Assembly: GCA_023667265.1 (NCBI GenBank)
Contig: JAMPAJ010000002.1
Coordinates: forward strand, 101,334 to 165,333
Direction of reading: 5' to 3'
Source: Alistipes sp.
Lineage (GTDB): Bacteria > Bacillota > Clostridia > Oscillospirales > Ruminococcaceae
DNA: 64,000 bases
Each line of letters opens with the position of its first letter. The first letter of the stretch is position 1. The notes beneath the pieces are model-generated. The model was not told the DNA's origin. It did not search any database and saw nothing but the letters and a program-made list of their open reading frames with translations. Below are positions 19,042 through 27,489 of the stretch, in pieces. The position numbers were made by a program, and so were the translations under genes.

Positions 19042-19820
19042 TTAAAAAAATTCTTACTTTTCTTACAGCTTTATCGCTTGTAACAAGTATACCGATTACT
19101 GCTGTTTCAGCGGTGGAAACAGAGGAAACAGCTGCTACAGAAGTAACGGAAACAGCGAGTACAGAAATATCCGACGTTTCAGTAGACGAAATTGACGATA
19201 TAAAGCAGCTTTTGGAAGATAACGGCTATGACATTGACGGTATGGTTTCTGACGTTTCACAACAGGCAACGTCTGAACCGCAGACGGCAACAGTCACAAC
19301 AGTTAGCAGACCTGTTGTTGAACCAAATACAGAGCCTAACGGTTATCTTGTTGAAAAGGTTGAGAAATATTCTGACGAACGTGATTTTATCACAGTCACC
19401 ACAAGAAACGGTCACGTTTTCTATATCGTCATAGACTATGAGGGGGAAAATCAAAATGTTTATTTTCTCAACACTGTTGATACAGCAGATTTAAAATATC
19501 TGCTCGAAAGCGGAGGAACTTCAACAACGGTCAGCGGTGATGAGAGCCAAAAGAACTCTACCGAAGTTAAAGCAGCGACTTCCGCTGATACAACACCAAA
19601 AGATGAAAAAGAAAAAGCTGAGACAAAGAAAAACAGCAATACTGTTTTGTACATAGTCGGCGTAATAATGATTATGGTATTTGTATTCATTGCAAAGAAA
19701 AAATTATCGGGCGGCAAAAAGAAATTTGACGATGACGAGAGCGACAGGGGTGACGATTACACAGAGGAAGAACCTGAAATTTATGTAAACGAAGATAATT
19801 TGGAGGACGATAATGAATAA
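19038..19820 (+). CDS. DUF4366/CD1107-like membrane-anchored protein
   Basis: Signal peptide; RDFITVTTRNGHVFYIVIDY..NVYFLNTVDTADL; C-terminal TM and acidic tail. Confidence 0.8.
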   Translation: MIKKILTFLTALSLVTSIPITAVSAVETEETAATEVTETASTEISDVSVDEIDDIKQLLEDNGYDIDGMVSDVSQQATSEPQTATVTTVSRPVVEPNTEPNGYLVEKVEKYSDERDFITVTTRNGHVFYIVIDYEGENQNVYFLNTVDTADLKYLLESGGTSTTVSGDESQKNSTEVKAATSADTTPKDEKEKAETKKNSNTVLYIVGVIMIMVFVFIAKKKLSGGKKKFDDDESDRGDDYTEEEPEIYVNEDNLEDDNE

Positions 19821-20148
19821 GAAAACTTTGGCTCTGATTGCTTTTGGTTCTTTTGCAGGAATAGCTTTGCGGTCTCAGAGTAAACGTCAACAGGCAAAAA
19901 GGTATATTGAAGCTATCACTGAAATACTTGACAATAAAGAAGTTACCGACTTTGAAAGTTTTTCTGATTATTTGCTTGAGTATTACGGAATTACCGCAAA
20001 AAACATTTGCGGGAATGTGGTTGAGTATTCTGCAAAACAGAACAGCGCAATGATAAGCGAGGATTTACGGAAATACGGCAGCAGCGGTTACGGTTACGAT
20101 ATGGGCGAGTTGGAAACTTTCTTCTCCTCTAACCGTATGTTGGTATGA
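19813..20148 (+). CDS. Hypothetical protein
   Basis: ORF overlaps the upstream stop and has RBS GGAGG; N-terminal hydrophobic segment. Confidence 0.6.
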   Translation: MNKKTLALIAFGSFAGIALRSQSKRQQAKRYIEAITEILDNKEVTDFESFSDYLLEYYGITAKNICGNVVEYSAKQNSAMISEDLRKYGSSGYGYDMGELETFFSSNRMLV

Positions 20149-20149
20149 A

Positions 20150-20168
20150 GTGTGTCACGGTGACACAC
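20150..20168. repeat. ICE palindrome copy 2 (perfect)
   Basis: GTGTGTCAC-G-GTGACACAC, 1 bp after a stop codon. Confidence 0.95.
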
Positions 20169-20226
20169 TGAAAAATCCGTCCCGTTTTTAGTCGGGACGG
20201 ATAAAATTTTGAAAGGATTTGATTGT

Positions 20227-22551
20227 ATGAAACTCATAATCGCGGAAAAGAAAAGCGTAGGAGAAACAATCGCTAAAGTGCTTGGAGCAAAAAGCAAAAA
20301 CAACGGATACATAGAGGGAGACGGATATATCATTTCTTGGTGTCAGGGACATCTTGTAGGACTTTCTCTACCTGATAGCTACGGCGAACAGTATGAGCAT
20401 TACTGGACGTTTGACAATCTTCCCATTATTCCGCAGGAATGGAAGTTTGAAACCGACAGCAGCAAGGTAAAACAGCTTAAAATTCTAAAAGACCTTATGT
20501 TCAACAATTCAGTTGACGAAATAATATGCGCCACTGACGCAGGACGTGAGGGCGAGTGCATTTTCAGATATGTGTATAATTTTGTAGGCTGCCGGAAGCC
20601 TGTCAAGCGTTTATGGATTTCGTCAATGGAGGATACGGCTATTAGTGAGGGTATGCGGAATTTATTGCCTAAAAGTAATTACGACAACCTTTTTGCTGCC
20701 GGACTGTGCAGAGCCAAAGCCGACTGGCTTGTGGGTATGAACGCTTCTCGCTTGTTTTCCAACCGTTACGGAGCTGTCCTGAATGTGGGACGTGTTCAGA
20801 CCCCTGTGCTTGCAATGGTGGTAAAGCGTGATTATGATATTGCTCATTTCATCAAGCAGAAATTCTATAACGTCTCTTTGAACTGCGGTGATTTTGACGT
20901 AACTTCCGAAAGAATTGAAGATGAAAGCACTGCTATTGAAATTGCCAAAAAATGCGGCGGCAAAACGGCAACAGTTACCAAAGTTGAAAAAGAGATAAAA
21001 AACGAAAATCCACCAAAGCTGTACGACTTGACTACTCTCCAAAGAGAAGCCAACAGGCAGTTTGGCTACACGGCAAAGCAGACCCTTGAATATTTGCAGT
21101 CGCTGTATGACAATAAACTCGCTACATATCCCCGAACAGACAGCCAATATCTGACCGAGGATATGGAACAGACCGCGCTTGATATGATTAAAACTGTTCA
21201 GCAAGTCATTCCCGAATTTAATTTCGGAATTGAAAATCCGAACGTTAAACGCTGCCTTAACAACAAAAAGGTATCAGACCACACGGCGGTTATCCCCACT
21301 GCCGAAATCGCAAACGCTGACATTGAGGGACTGCCGACCGGAGAGAAAAATATTCTTTTCCTCATAGCCGCAAAACTTCTCATCGCAACAGCAGAACCTC
21401 ACAAATATGAAGCTGTGAAAGTTACGGTCAATTCAGAGGAATATGACTTTTTTGCAAGAGGAAAAACCGTTATTTCAAACGGTTTTAAGGATATTGAGAG
21501 CCGCATAAAGTCCCAGCTCAAAGGCGAAAACGAAGTACCCGAAAAAGAAACCGCTTTACCTGAACTTTTTGAGGGACAGAAGTTTGAACACGCTTCATCA
21601 ACAGTAACAAGCGGTTACACTACCCCGCCGAAAGCCTATACGGAAGATACCTTGCTCAAAGCTATGGAAACAGCAGGAAATACCGATTACGACGAAAATT
21701 CCGACGTTGAGAAAAAAGGCTTGGGTACTCCTGCAACGAGAGCCGATATTATTGAAAATCTTGTAAAGCGCGGATATATTGTGCGTGAAAAGAAAAAAGT
21801 CACGGCTTCTGAAAAAGGTATACATCTGATTGAGGTCGTTCCCGATGAAGTAAAATCCGCTAAACTTACTGCCGATTGGGAAACGACATTGCAGCACATT
21901 GAAAGGGGACAGGCTTCTCCCGACAGCTTTATAACTGAAATTGAGGATTTCACAAAAGAACTGGTGAATAAATATGCCGAAAAAGCGGACGGTCAAGTTT
22001 TTGCCAAAGAGAGAGAAATACTTGGCAAATGTCCTCGGTGCGGCAAGAATATTTATGAGGGAAAACAAAATTATTACTGTGAGAGCGGAAAAGACGGTTG
22101 CGGCTTTACAGTTTGGAAAAATCAGAAATATCCAAACACAACAGTTTCAGCGGCTCAAATGAAAGAGCTTTTGTCGGCAGGAAAAACAAGGCTTAAAGCC
22201 GTATCGAAAGAGGGCAAGGAATACACAGCGGATTTTGCTCTTGAAGATACGGGGAAATACATAAATCTTGTTTTTCTTCCTGCCGAAAATGAAGCCTTGG
22301 GCAAATGCCCGAAATGCGGCGGAGACGTTCTGAAAGGTCAGTACGGCTTTTGCTGCAAAGATAAGTGCGGAATGAACATCGGCAAGGTTTACGGCAAAAG
22401 CCTGACGGAAACACAAGTGAAAAAGCTGCTTAGCGGCAAGGAAACCTCTTATACTGCAAATGACAAGAAAGTCATTGTGCTGCCGGAGGTCTTTGAGAAC
22501 AATTATCAGGGAAAGATTTTCTTTCAATGGAAAACTAAGAGGTCGGAGTGA
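20227..22551 (+). CDS. topB: DNA topoisomerase III (type IA)
   Basis: MKLIIAEK, CATDAGREGE, GRVQTP, catalytic TYPRTD, GLGTPATR, C-terminal CPxC zinc ribbons. Confidence 0.95.
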   Translation: MKLIIAEKKSVGETIAKVLGAKSKNNGYIEGDGYIISWCQGHLVGLSLPDSYGEQYEHYWTFDNLPIIPQEWKFETDSSKVKQLKILKDLMFNNSVDEIICATDAGREGECIFRYVYNFVGCRKPVKRLWISSMEDTAISEGMRNLLPKSNYDNLFAAGLCRAKADWLVGMNASRLFSNRYGAVLNVGRVQTPVLAMVVKRDYDIAHFIKQKFYNVSLNCGDFDVTSERIEDESTAIEIAKKCGGKTATVTKVEKEIKNENPPKLYDLTTLQREANRQFGYTAKQTLEYLQSLYDNKLATYPRTDSQYLTEDMEQTALDMIKTVQQVIPEFNFGIENPNVKRCLNNKKVSDHTAVIPTAEIANADIEGLPTGEKNILFLIAAKLLIATAEPHKYEAVKVTVNSEEYDFFARGKTVISNGFKDIESRIKSQLKGENEVPEKETALPELFEGQKFEHASSTVTSGYTTPPKAYTEDTLLKAMETAGNTDYDENSDVEKKGLGTPATRADIIENLVKRGYIVREKKKVTASEKGIHLIEVVPDEVKSAKLTADWETTLQHIERGQASPDSFITEIEDFTKELVNKYAEKADGQVFAKEREILGKCPRCGKNIYEGKQNYYCESGKDGCGFTVWKNQKYPNTTVSAAQMKELLSAGKTRLKAVSKEGKEYTADFALEDTGKYINLVFLPAENEALGKCPKCGGDVLKGQYGFCCKDKCGMNIGKVYGKSLTETQVKKLLSGKETSYTANDKKVIVLPEVFENNYQGKIFFQWKTKRSE

Positions 22552-22850
22552 TATTAGAAAAAATCATATTGCTGTGGCACACTCAAAAAAAAGGACGGAG
22601 GTATACAACCTTGCTTGAAACTGTTTTTGTATTAATTGCTTTGCTGTTGATACTTATAATTTTTTTGTTTGGTGTTGGACTTTCTTTTATGATGTTGGCA
22701 GTTATAATTTTTAAAATACGTAGTATTTTAAATAAGAGAAAAATTTACAAAAAACTACGTTCAAAGTTTGCTATTGACAAGAGCGAAAAGGAGCTTGACG
22801 AGCTTGCGGAAAAGCTGCTGACAGAATATTTTGAGAGTGTGTCACGGTGA
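22548..22850 (+). CDS. Small membrane protein fused to a copy of the ParB C-terminal tail
   Basis: AT-rich TM region followed by FAIDKSEKELDELAEKLLTEYFESVSR, identical to the end of 47663-49600. Start may be TTG at 22611. Confidence 0.65.
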   Translation: MILEKIILLWHTQKKGRRYTTLLETVFVLIALLLILIIFLFGVGLSFMMLAVIIFKIRSILNKRKIYKKLRSKFAIDKSEKELDELAEKLLTEYFESVSR

Positions 22851-22855
22851 TACAG
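22837..22855. repeat. ICE palindrome copy 3
   Basis: GTGTGTCAC-G-GTGATACAG, overlapping the stop codon. Confidence 0.85.
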
Positions 22856-22871
22856 TCAGAAAAGAATAAGG

Positions 22872-23117
22872 GTGAAGACTATGTCATTAATTGAGTATAT
22901 AAATAATATTTTTGCAAATATAGATGTTTTTCTATTTATAATATTATGTGTTTTTTGGGGTAGCACTCTGTTATTTATTATTGCAAATTCACTTGAAATT
23001 AGATATAACGATGTTTACGACGAATTTTTGTCAAGGTCTGATATTGATATGAGCGAACAAGAGTTTTATGAGCTTACCGAAAATCTGCTGACAGAATATT
23101 TTAAAGATGTAACATAG
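22872..23117 (+). CDS. Small membrane protein with a diverged ParB-tail copy
   Basis: TM segment, then SRSDIDMSEQEFYELTENLLTEYFKDVT. Confidence 0.6.
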   Translation: MKTMSLIEYINNIFANIDVFLFIILCVFWGSTLLFIIANSLEIRYNDVYDEFLSRSDIDMSEQEFYELTENLLTEYFKDVT

Positions 23118-23125
23118 TGACACAC
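23107..23125. repeat. ICE palindrome copy 4 (degenerate left arm)
   Basis: ATGTAACAT-A-GTGACACAC, followed by TTATAAAGGAGG, similar to what follows parB. Confidence 0.6.
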
Positions 23126-23147
23126 TTATAAAGGAGGATAGTATATA

Positions 23148-23408
23148 ATGTTATCTATTGTGTTGATAATTATGAAGGTATTGCCGTTTATTACCAGTCT
23201 TATATTAGCTATTCAAATTCCAAGTAATAAATCACTGTGTAAAAAAGAAAAAGTAATTCTTTTTATTATACTTGTAGTTTGTATGGTAAATTGTCTTTTG
23301 ATGTCAATTACAACTAATATAATTTTATTATCAGGAATTATGGTAATTCAATTAGCATTCGCTGGTCTTATGCTTTTTATGATAATGGCAGATGACGACA
23401 AAAATTAA
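23148..23408 (+). CDS. Small multi-TM hypothetical protein (AT-rich)
   Basis: RBS AAGGAGG; three hydrophobic segments. Confidence 0.65.
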   Translation: MLSIVLIIMKVLPFITSLILAIQIPSNKSLCKKEKVILFIILVVCMVNCLLMSITTNIILLSGIMVIQLAFAGLMLFMIMADDDKN

Positions 23409-23427
23409 TTGTGTCACAGTAACACAC
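23409..23427. repeat. ICE palindrome copy 5
   Basis: TTGTGTCAC-A-GTAACACAC, immediately after a stop codon. Confidence 0.8.
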
Positions 23428-23467
23428 TCGAACATTATAAACGTTCCGTAAAGAAAGGATAAATATT

Positions 23468-24736
23468 ATGAATTTTATGCGTAAAACAAATAATCTTGCT
23501 GACAAAGATATTCACAATAACATCATACTGACAGACGATGTTCAGTTATCGCTCAATCCTGTGAAAACTGGAAAAAATCTGAATGTATGTGTTTTCGGCG
23601 GTGGAGGAACGGGCAAAACACAGAATTACGTTCTGCCGAATATTTTACAGGCAAACACCTCATACGTCATAACAGACCACGGCGGATATTTGTTGAACAA
23701 AACAAGAAAATTCCTTGAAGAACAAGGTTATGTTATCAAAGTTCTGAACCTGAATGATACCGAAAATTCAAACCACTACAATCCGTTTGACTATGTATAT
23801 GACAAGGACGGCGTTTGTAATGAAGCTGACGTTACAAAAATGGTTGAAATGATTTTAGCAACGCCAAAAACAGCAGCGAAAAAGACTTCTCTTGCAGGTC
23901 AAATTACAGACGATATGATGTGTATCCTTGTTTCCGCAATCTGTTTTTATCTATTTGAAATGGGAAGCAAAGAAAATCGTAATTTTCAAAATGTAATCAG
24001 ACTATTAAGTATGCCTGTTTCGGAACTTGACGAAATTTTTCTTATGCCCGATGAAAAAGTAAAGTTCTTATCTCTGAAACGTTATATGCTGTTCAGAAAA
24101 GCGGCAAAAGTGGAAGAAATTGCAGAAACCATACGCATTAAAGCACTTAACAGACTGGGTGCGTTTACTCAGACAGATATAACTAATCTAACACAATTTG
24201 ACGATATGGAACTTGACCTCATAGGAGACAGAAAAACAGCGGTTTTTATTCCGCTCCCGACTTTCAACCACAGTCTTAATTTTCTTACAAGCGTTCTGAT
24301 TACACAAATATTCAATGTATTATGCGGCAGGACTAAAGCACTGCCAAATAGCAAATTGCCTGTTCACGTTCGCTTTATGCTTGATGAATTTGCCAACTGC
24401 GGCTATATTCCCGATTTTGAAAAGTATGTTGCAGTATGCGGTTCTCACAATATAAGTTTTAATATTATCTTACAGTGCGTTGAGCAACTGCAAACGCTTT
24501 ATAAACATTGGGATATTATACTGAATTGTTGCGACAGCAGATTATATCTCGGCGGTTTAAATATTGGAACATTGCACAACATTTCTGAAACTGTCGGCAG
24601 CCAAATGAGTGTTGATGAATTTCTTGCAATAAATAATCACAACAAATGCGTTTTAAACGTTCGCGGTCTGCCGACGTTTTGCGGTAATAAGTTTGACGTT
24701 GAAAAACATTTTAACTATGACAAGATTGAAGAATAG
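23468..24736 (+). CDS. Second, soluble VirD4/TraG-like ATPase lacking the N-terminal TMs
   Basis: NLNVCVFGGGGTGKTQNYVLPNILQ, SNHYNPFDY, HVRFMLDEFANCG, ILQCVEQLQTLY. Confidence 0.8.
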   Translation: MNFMRKTNNLADKDIHNNIILTDDVQLSLNPVKTGKNLNVCVFGGGGTGKTQNYVLPNILQANTSYVITDHGGYLLNKTRKFLEEQGYVIKVLNLNDTENSNHYNPFDYVYDKDGVCNEADVTKMVEMILATPKTAAKKTSLAGQITDDMMCILVSAICFYLFEMGSKENRNFQNVIRLLSMPVSELDEIFLMPDEKVKFLSLKRYMLFRKAAKVEEIAETIRIKALNRLGAFTQTDITNLTQFDDMELDLIGDRKTAVFIPLPTFNHSLNFLTSVLITQIFNVLCGRTKALPNSKLPVHVRFMLDEFANCGYIPDFEKYVAVCGSHNISFNIILQCVEQLQTLYKHWDIILNCCDSRLYLGGLNIGTLHNISETVGSQMSVDEFLAINNHNKCVLNVRGLPTFCGNKFDVEKHFNYDKIEE

Positions 24737-24754
24737 TGTGTCACTGTGACACAC
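24736..24754. repeat. ICE palindrome copy 6 (perfect arms)
   Basis: GTGTGTCAC-T-GTGACACAC, sharing the G of the stop codon TAG. Confidence 0.95.
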
Positions 24755-24836
24755 GACATAATAAACACAGCAATTAACACACGAATATAATCCCTATGGG
24801 GTTATAAAATATAAAAATAAAAGGAGCAAAAAATCT

Positions 24837-25310
24837 ATGAAACACACAAAAAAGGCACTCGCACTCACATTGGCGGCAGTAATGGGACTGTCAGCCGCAC
24901 CAACGTTAAGCTGCTCGGCAGCGGAACGAACAGAGCTTGAAAAAACATATTTCAGCTCTACATACGAAGAACCGTATACCCTTGAATTTATCGTTATTAT
25001 GTGGTCTGAAAACGATAACGGGGAGCTTGCCATAACAGGCTGTTCCCCAATGTGGTCAAGCAGAGTAAGCGACTATCCGACGTCTAACGTCATCGGTGGA
25101 TTTGTTTTTAACGGTACGCTGAAACTGCCCTCGCATATTAACGGCAAGCCGGTCACGGAAATAAGCGGAGTTAATATTGCAAAATCGGTAGGCGCAAACA
25201 CGGTTATAATCAACGAAAACATTACGGAAATTTCAGACAATGCTTTCGGAAAAGGTATAACGGTTATGACTACTGATAAGGAACTCAAACAATCGCCCAT
25301 TTATTATTGA
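24837..25310 (+). CDS. Secreted protein with a BspA/LRR_5-like remnant
   Basis: Signal peptide; LKLPSHINGKPVTEISG...VIINENITEISDNAF. Confidence 0.65.
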   Translation: MKHTKKALALTLAAVMGLSAAPTLSCSAAERTELEKTYFSSTYEEPYTLEFIVIMWSENDNGELAITGCSPMWSSRVSDYPTSNVIGGFVFNGTLKLPSHINGKPVTEISGVNIAKSVGANTVIINENITEISDNAFGKGITVMTTDKELKQSPIYY

Positions 25311-25389
25311 TTTTTCTCACGGCAATTTAATATTACGGTTAAGGGAGTATGCGTTTGTGTACTCCCTTTTTTGTTTCGGGAGGTGGAAA

Positions 25390-25620
25390 ATGTATCAGGT
25401 ATTATTTGTTCTTATGGTCTGCGAATTTTCGGCGGACATTCTTAAAAGTATGTGCAATAGGCAAAAAAATATTCTTGAAGAAAAAGCGGCATATCTTTCT
25501 CCGAAAGAAAAATTCAGATATGAACGGAAAATCCGTATTTCAGGTTTTTTTGAAAAATTCTTGAAATATGGCGGTATAGTCTATGCCGTGCCGGCAGCTA
25601 TATTGGTTATTATTTCTTAG
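25390..25620 (+). CDS. Small membrane hypothetical protein
   Basis: RBS GGAGGT before MYQVLF; hydrophobic ends. Confidence 0.5.
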   Translation: MYQVLFVLMVCEFSADILKSMCNRQKNILEEKAAYLSPKEKFRYERKIRISGFFEKFLKYGGIVYAVPAAILVIIS

Positions 25621-25632
25621 AAAGGAGAAGAA

Positions 25633-26670
25633 ATGGACGTATTAAGTTTGTTTGACGGTATTTCCTGCGGAATGGTCGCATTGGAACGTTCGGGAATACC
25701 CGTTGAAAAGTATTCAGCGTATGAAATTGATAAATACGCTTTGACAGTTTCAAAGAAAAACTATCACAAAATAGAACAGTACGGAGACGTATTCGAGGGC
25801 AGTTTCAAAAAACATAAAGGCTGTGATTTGCTTATCGGCGGCTCTCCATGCACTTTTTGGAGTGTTGCTAAAAGAGACAGAGAAACAACTCCAGACGGTG
25901 AGGGGTTCAAAATGTTTATGCAGTATGTCAGAGCCTTAGAAGAAAGCCGTCCGAAATATTTTCTTTATGAGAATAACAACAGCATACATAAGGATATAAA
26001 GACGGAAATATCTAAATTCTTAGGTGTTGAGCCGATTATGATTAACTCCGCTTTGGTGTCCGCACAGCATAGAAAAAGATGTTACTGGACAAATATTCCG
26101 AATGTAACACAGCCGGAGGACAAAGGCATTTTGCTTAAAGATATTATCATCAGCGGCATTCCTTGGCAGGACAAGTCTTATGCCTATACAACAAGATGTC
26201 AGGCTGCAACGTTTAAAGATACACTTGAACGTCACAGACATACAATGATTGCCGAGCCTGTCATACTTAACGATATAAACGGAAAAGCACGGACAATAAA
26301 AGCGCAGTATAAAAATACGGGTATTCCAAACGCCGTTCGTACAGACGGTTTTGGCGCAACTATGGTCGCAGTACCTGTCAAAATCGGACAAATAGGAAAG
26401 TATCAACAGGACAGAGTGTATTCGGTTTACGGAAAGTCGGTTTGCCTAAAAGCCAACGGCGGAAACGGTGCAAAAACAGGTCTGTATAAAATTGACTTGC
26501 CCGACGGAGATTACATAATCCGCAAGCTGTACCCTATCGAAGCGGAACGTCTGCAAACGCTCCCCGACAATTACACGGAGGGAGTTTCAAACACTCAGAG
26601 ATACAAGGGTATCGGAAACGGTTGGACTGTTGACGTTATCGCTCACATTCTTGGATTTATTCCGAAATAA
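25633..26670 (+). CDS. Orphan DNA (cytosine-5)-methyltransferase
   Basis: Motif I LSLFDGISCG, motif IV GGSPC, motif VI YENN, C-terminal ERLQTLPDNY..IGNGW. Confidence 0.92.
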   Translation: MDVLSLFDGISCGMVALERSGIPVEKYSAYEIDKYALTVSKKNYHKIEQYGDVFEGSFKKHKGCDLLIGGSPCTFWSVAKRDRETTPDGEGFKMFMQYVRALEESRPKYFLYENNNSIHKDIKTEISKFLGVEPIMINSALVSAQHRKRCYWTNIPNVTQPEDKGILLKDIIISGIPWQDKSYAYTTRCQAATFKDTLERHRHTMIAEPVILNDINGKARTIKAQYKNTGIPNAVRTDGFGATMVAVPVKIGQIGKYQQDRVYSVYGKSVCLKANGGNGAKTGLYKIDLPDGDYIIRKLYPIEAERLQTLPDNYTEGVSNTQRYKGIGNGWTVDVIAHILGFIPK

Positions 26671-26688
26671 AAAGAAAGGACTGAACAA

Positions 26689-27431
26689 ATGGAACACATT
26701 CTGTCTCTCAGCTACGGCAAGGACAGTCTTGCCTGTTTGGGAGCAATTGAAAAATTAGGGTGGCAGCTCGACAGAATAATTCACGCTGAAATATGGGCAA
26801 CAAAAACTATTCCTGCCGATTTGCCGCCGATGATTGAATTTAAAGAAAAAGCCGATAGGGTTATAAAAGAGCGTTATGGACTGACAGTTGAACATATTAC
26901 TGCCGATGATACATACGAGGAAATATTTTTCCGCACTTACGTCAGGGGTAAAAACAAGGGCGTTATATACGGTTTCCCGTGTATAAAAGGCAATTGGTGC
27001 AACAGCAAATTAAAGGTCAAAGCATTGGATAAATGCAAAACAAACGGTGTTAGATATATCGGAATAGCTTTTGACGAACCAAACAGATTTAAAGTTCTGA
27101 ACAGCTTGAAAAAATCTCCCCTTGTATCTGCAAAATGGACTGAAAAAATGTGCTATGACTGGTGCGCGGAAAACGATTTGCTTTCTCCGGTCTACAATAC
27201 GTCAGCTCGCGGCGGCTGTTGGTTCTGCCATAATCAGAGTGTAGAGCAGCTTCGCATACTCCGCAAAAGTTACCCCGATTACTGGAAACTGCTTCTGCAA
27301 TGGGACAGCGTTTCTCCGATTTCCTTTAAGCCTGAACATACCGTACTCGATTACGAAAACGTTTTCAGCTTGAAGATATGGGACTTATGTATCCTAATGA
27401 CAGACGTTTTCGGTGGGAATGGGTAAATTAA
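26689..27431 (+). pseudogene. PAPS-reductase-family (adenine nucleotide alpha-hydrolase) protein with an apparent 1-nt deletion near the C-terminus
   Basis: SLSYGKDS PP-loop, WCNSKLK, RGGCWFCHNQ. Adding one A at the A4 run 27356-27359 gives DYEKRFQLEDMGLMYPNDRRFRWEWVN* (stop 27429-27431). Confidence 0.65.
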
Positions 27432-27453
27432 TATTTTAAAAATCATACATAAG

Positions 27454-27472
27454 GTGTGTCACGGTGACACAC
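27454..27472. repeat. ICE palindrome copy 7 (perfect)
   Basis: GTGTGTCAC-G-GTGACACAC, just before the RBS of the toprim gene. Confidence 0.95.
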
Positions 27473-27489
27473 CTTGAAAGGAGAAAATA

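Noticed and set aside
22548-24754. Classical integron (attC cassettes)
   Set aside because: No tyrosine integrase in the window, and the 19-bp site lacks attC R/L box structure. Kept only as a cassette-like pattern.
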